Positions 60,659 through 64,000 of a stretch of 64,000 nucleotides of DNA are shown here, one piece after another. Source of the DNA: Eledone cirrhosa (Eukaryota). Position 1 is the stretch's first letter, and every line of letters begins with the position of its first letter. The position numbers and the translations under genes are program-made. The DNA lies in NCBI GenBank assembly GCA_964016885.1, contig OZ024740.1, positions 23,498,001 to 23,562,000 on the forward strand, given 5' to 3'. Below the pieces are notes generated by a model that did not search any database, was not told the origin of the DNA, and was given only the letters and a program-made list of their open reading frames with translations.

Positions 60659-62575
60659 ATGAACGCTGCGTCCAACGATAATGGTGGTGGAGAGGCGGTA
60701 AGACTACAAAGCTCGCAGTCAACAACGTCTTCTTCACTAGATACTATAGAGATGGAAAGACAAAATGAAAATAAAAAAACGAATTCACATCCAAACAACA
60801 CAAATGACACCAAACAGCTCAATGACAACAAAAATAACAGCAAAACCAATAATGATGATAAAAGCAACAATGATAACAACAACAAAGAAAAAAATAAAGA
60901 CAACGCCAATAATACCAGCATCAAAGACAACAACAACACCAAGGAAAATACGGATGATACCAACATCGGTGACAACAAGAATAACAACAAGAATAACAAC
61001 AATAATGACAACACCACCAATACGGATTCCACAAAGAAACCAAAAATCTCCTTTGCGGAGAAAGTTCAAAAGAAAGAACAATTGATATATCTCGACATAA
61101 CAAATGCTGAACACCTTTTAAAGGACGCTAAGAGATATGTCACCTTCGAAAAAAATGGTGCTTTCAGCATCAATTCTCCGGTAGAAATTCGCAAGGAAAC
61201 TGCTCTCAAAACGATAGTTTTTAGGACAGTTTCCAATTCTACCCGAAAACCAGTCCAATTGTCACAGAAAGATATTGAACTGGTTTTCAAAGATTCAATG
61301 AATGATATTGCATTCATTCAAAGAAGCAAACTTTTTGGGAGTATTTCGGTACTGATGAAGGATCAATTGACGGCCCAAAATTACTCTGTGTCGCCAATTG
61401 TATCCAACCTGTACACCTTTTTCCCTACATACATGGGAAAAAGGACACAAAAGATCAGAATCACAAGTGTCACACCAAAGGTGAACATATGGTGGATACT
61501 GTGCGGCTTCATCAATTTTGATGAAGACAGAATACTGTCAGTAGGCAAGTCCCCCAGAGATGTATTCAATGGGACTAGCATTGAAGTTCTGGTGCAAATG
61601 AGCCCAGAGCGAATAGCTATGATCCCACAGCGTGTACTCCTGGACGGACTTACCTACATAAACCTTTCGGTTGAGGGTAGGCGGCCTTCATGTTACCATT
61701 GCTTTAGCAGGGGTCACCTGAGGGCTTCCTGTCCTAAACTAATGAACCAAAAAAAGGCTCTTCTGCCGACACCCATCAAAACAACACAACCACCAACACC
61801 ACCACAACAACAACAACACCAACACACAAAAATAACCACAACAAACACAGTCCCACCCAACCTCACTCCACCTAAAACCACTGCAAAATCACATACAGAC
61901 ACAACAGCTCACCAAGACATACCCCTCCCCAAACACACAGACGATACAACAGATGAGGCTATCTCGCCATCACCCAGTGAAGACGAGGGAGAACCCCATC
62001 GCTCGAAAAGAAAGAAAAGACATCACAAAAGCAAAAAACCAGCAAACACTACCACAAACATACAACCACCAACACAAACAACAAAAATATCACAAACAAT
62101 ACCCCCACCTCCTGAAAACAAAATACCTACAACAAAACGAAAGCACACACAAGAACTACAGACAAAAACAAACACAACACAAGAAAATTACACTTACACT
62201 TACATAAACACTGAAAACAAAACAGTAATGGAGACCATCACGAACGACCCTTCGGTTTTCACCGAAGGGAAAACTTTCGCCCACTCTATAAAAAAAAGCA
62301 AAAAACTCAACCTAAAACTGATTAGGGTCCCTATACAAACTTATAGGTCCCTAAAAGAAACATTTGAGAAGGATGTGAGGAATTCCTGCGTGAAACCACT
62401 CAACCGCGTCCTTCTCAAATGCCTCCCCACATCAGACACCCCCATCCCACCAGACCCCACCCCACCAAACATCTGCGTCCCCACCCCTCCGGAAACCACC
62501 ACCCATCCAGACAACCCCTCCAACACCCCCATGGAAATCGTGCAGCCTGGTCCCCAGGAGGCGAAGGGTGAGTGA
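60659..62575 (+). CDS. LINE ORF1p (gag-like nucleic-acid-binding protein, CCHC zinc knuckle)
   Basis: Open 638 aa; SFAEKV motif after Asn-rich N-terminus; VEGRRPSCYHCFSRGHLRASCP (CX2CX4HX4C); Pro/Thr-rich C-terminal half. Confidence 0.9.
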   Translation: MNAASNDNGGGEAVRLQSSQSTTSSSLDTIEMERQNENKKTNSHPNNTNDTKQLNDNKNNSKTNNDDKSNNDNNNKEKNKDNANNTSIKDNNNTKENTDDTNIGDNKNNNKNNNNNDNTTNTDSTKKPKISFAEKVQKKEQLIYLDITNAEHLLKDAKRYVTFEKNGAFSINSPVEIRKETALKTIVFRTVSNSTRKPVQLSQKDIELVFKDSMNDIAFIQRSKLFGSISVLMKDQLTAQNYSVSPIVSNLYTFFPTYMGKRTQKIRITSVTPKVNIWWILCGFINFDEDRILSVGKSPRDVFNGTSIEVLVQMSPERIAMIPQRVLLDGLTYINLSVEGRRPSCYHCFSRGHLRASCPKLMNQKKALLPTPIKTTQPPTPPQQQQHQHTKITTTNTVPPNLTPPKTTAKSHTDTTAHQDIPLPKHTDDTTDEAISPSPSEDEGEPHRSKRKKRHHKSKKPANTTTNIQPPTQTTKISQTIPPPPENKIPTTKRKHTQELQTKTNTTQENYTYTYINTENKTVMETITNDPSVFTEGKTFAHSIKKSKKLNLKLIRVPIQTYRSLKETFEKDVRNSCVKPLNRVLLKCLPTSDTPIPPDPTPPNICVPTPPETTTHPDNPSNTPMEIVQPGPQEAKGE

Positions 62576-62608
62576 TCTCTTTTCCTCTTTTAACTTTTCA
62601 GCACCAAC

Positions 62609-64000
62609 ATGGCCAATATAAGAGTTGGATGTGTGAACGTACGCGGCCTGGGGATGCCCTGGAAACAGGGCAAACTCTTAAACGACCTCAGGTCGCACAG
62701 TTTGGATGTGGTAGCCATTTGCGAGTCCAGGATCCACGGCGAGCGACAGCTGGCCCCCATCTTCGATGACTTTGAGATCTACGCATCTCTCTGTCAACCG
62801 GGGGATGGGGGCGGAGTTGCCGTTTTGCTGCGGAAACACCTGGGCCTCGTAACACAGACGGTACATCTGGACCCGGAGGGTCGACTGGTGGTCCTAGACG
62901 TTGACGGTAGTGAAGGTGGAGCCTTCAGGCTGGTGGCCGCATATGCCCCATCCGGGACACCGCGGCCAGACTTCTTCAAACGTCTAGAGACTTTTATGGG
63001 AACGTCCCGCACCTTGCTTTTAGTGGGGGATTGGAATGGAATCCTAGATGCACGTTGGGACTATGTGGGAGCATGTCCCGAAAAAGGGGGATGTAACAGC
63101 CTCAAACAGTTAATCGACCGATTTGACCTGGCCGATAGATATCGACTAGATTTTCCGACTGCGCCACTGTGGACGTGGAGTAATCGTAACGGAACATCTA
63201 GATCGTACCTAGATAGGGTTCTAGTTAGAAATAAGGATAGGGACATGTTAAGCTGTCCACAAATGTTCATGGTTGCCTATTCAGATCACAAACTAGTGAC
63301 CTGCATGGCCAACCATGATAGAACCCATAGACAAGGACCCGGCTACTGGAAGCTGAACTTGTCGTTACCGACAAGCAAAGCCTACAGTAGACGGATTAGC
63401 ACTAGAAGAGGCAATTAGAAGTGGCAACGTAGCCAGCGTGCTAGCAACGAGAACGGCCTTGGACCAGTTCTTCGACGCAAAGCACGAGGGCTGCGTTGTC
63501 AGAAGCAAAACACGTGCTCTGGGAAACGATGGAGCCAACGCTGTTAGCTGGGCCCGAGTGATGGAGGCAAACAGTGGCAACAAGTCCACGATTCGGTCTT
63601 TGAAGGACCAAAACGGACGCGTGATACGTGAGCCGAAGCAGATGTGTGCGGCTTTTCAGCGGCACTTTGCTCGGCTGTTCGGGGGGAGCGGCGCGCCGGG
63701 AGAGTCTATGGATTTCGGTCCATACCTCGACGGCCTACCGCGACTCTCGGACAGTGAGGCGAAGTTCTGCGAAAAGCCGATTTCAGCCACTGAGATAGGG
63801 GACGCGCTGAGCCAATGCGGCAAACGCAAATCTCCAGGTCTCGACGGTCTACACTACGAATTCTACGTAGCAATGCCGGACTTATTCTCCGGTATCCTGG
63901 AAGCGGTCTACTGCAACTGGCAACAAAACGGGAGAATTCCCAGTTCTGTAACCGGGGGCGTGGTCACACTAATCAGGAAGGACGAGAATAAGGGGGATGA
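62609..64000 (+). pseudogene. LINE ORF2p (AP-like endonuclease + start of RT region), frameshifted by an internal deletion near 63398
   Basis: NVRGL, CES, GGVAVL, YAP, GDWN, SYLDR, SDHK, WKLN; second frame open 63399-64000 (ALEEAIRSG...VVRSK...KSPGLDGLHYEFY...GVVTLIRK). Confidence 0.92.

Larger units (their letters stand above)
60441..64000 (+). mobile_element. L1/Tx1-type non-LTR retrotransposon, apparently 5'-complete, continuing past the window
   Basis: ~220-bp 5' UTR starting CAGTC after (ATCT)n; ORF1 with zinc knuckle; ORF2 with APE domain, WKLN and KSPGLDG..YEFY motifs. Confidence 0.92.

Noticed and set aside
62568-62601. 34-nt mini-intron fusing ORF1 to ORF2
   Set aside because: Removal leaves ORF2 out of frame (APTWPI*) and the intron would be very short.

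Overview
Eukaryotic, gene-free, repeat-dominated window. The SINE sequences and microsatellite density suggest an invertebrate, probably a cephalopod/Octopus (inference from recalled repeat sequences, no search run). 1-~46190: one tandem array of a 52-bp G/T-rich satellite (roughly 880-890 monomers) with multi-kb internal duplications, local higher-order repeats and rising divergence toward its right edge. ~46190-49300: a patchwork of simple repeats and a G-rich minisatellite. ~49940-51000: tRNA-derived SINEs, including a tandem cluster of four. 51181-57226: a decayed Penelope-like retroelement (Naiad-type RT + C-terminal GIY-YIG) with direct pseudo-LTRs, a 1.46-kb inverted arm, three identical minimal hammerhead ribozymes and (TA)n on both sides; a SINE with an 18-bp TSD sits in the inverted arm and the empty site is visible in the other arm. 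57297-~58563: a truncated second Penelope-like element (Neptune-like GIY-YIG). ~60441-64000: the 5' part of an L1/Tx1-type LINE (intact CCHC ORF1, APE-RT ORF2 with an internal deletion). Strongest leads: splice signals that would bracket LINE ORF1 and deliver ORF2 on a spliced mRNA; the hammerheads with a (UA)n palindromic stem III in a (TA)n-flanked element; and a SINE insertion that shares a deletion with the neighbouring tandem SINE cluster. Most ORFs in the supplied track are repeat artefacts.
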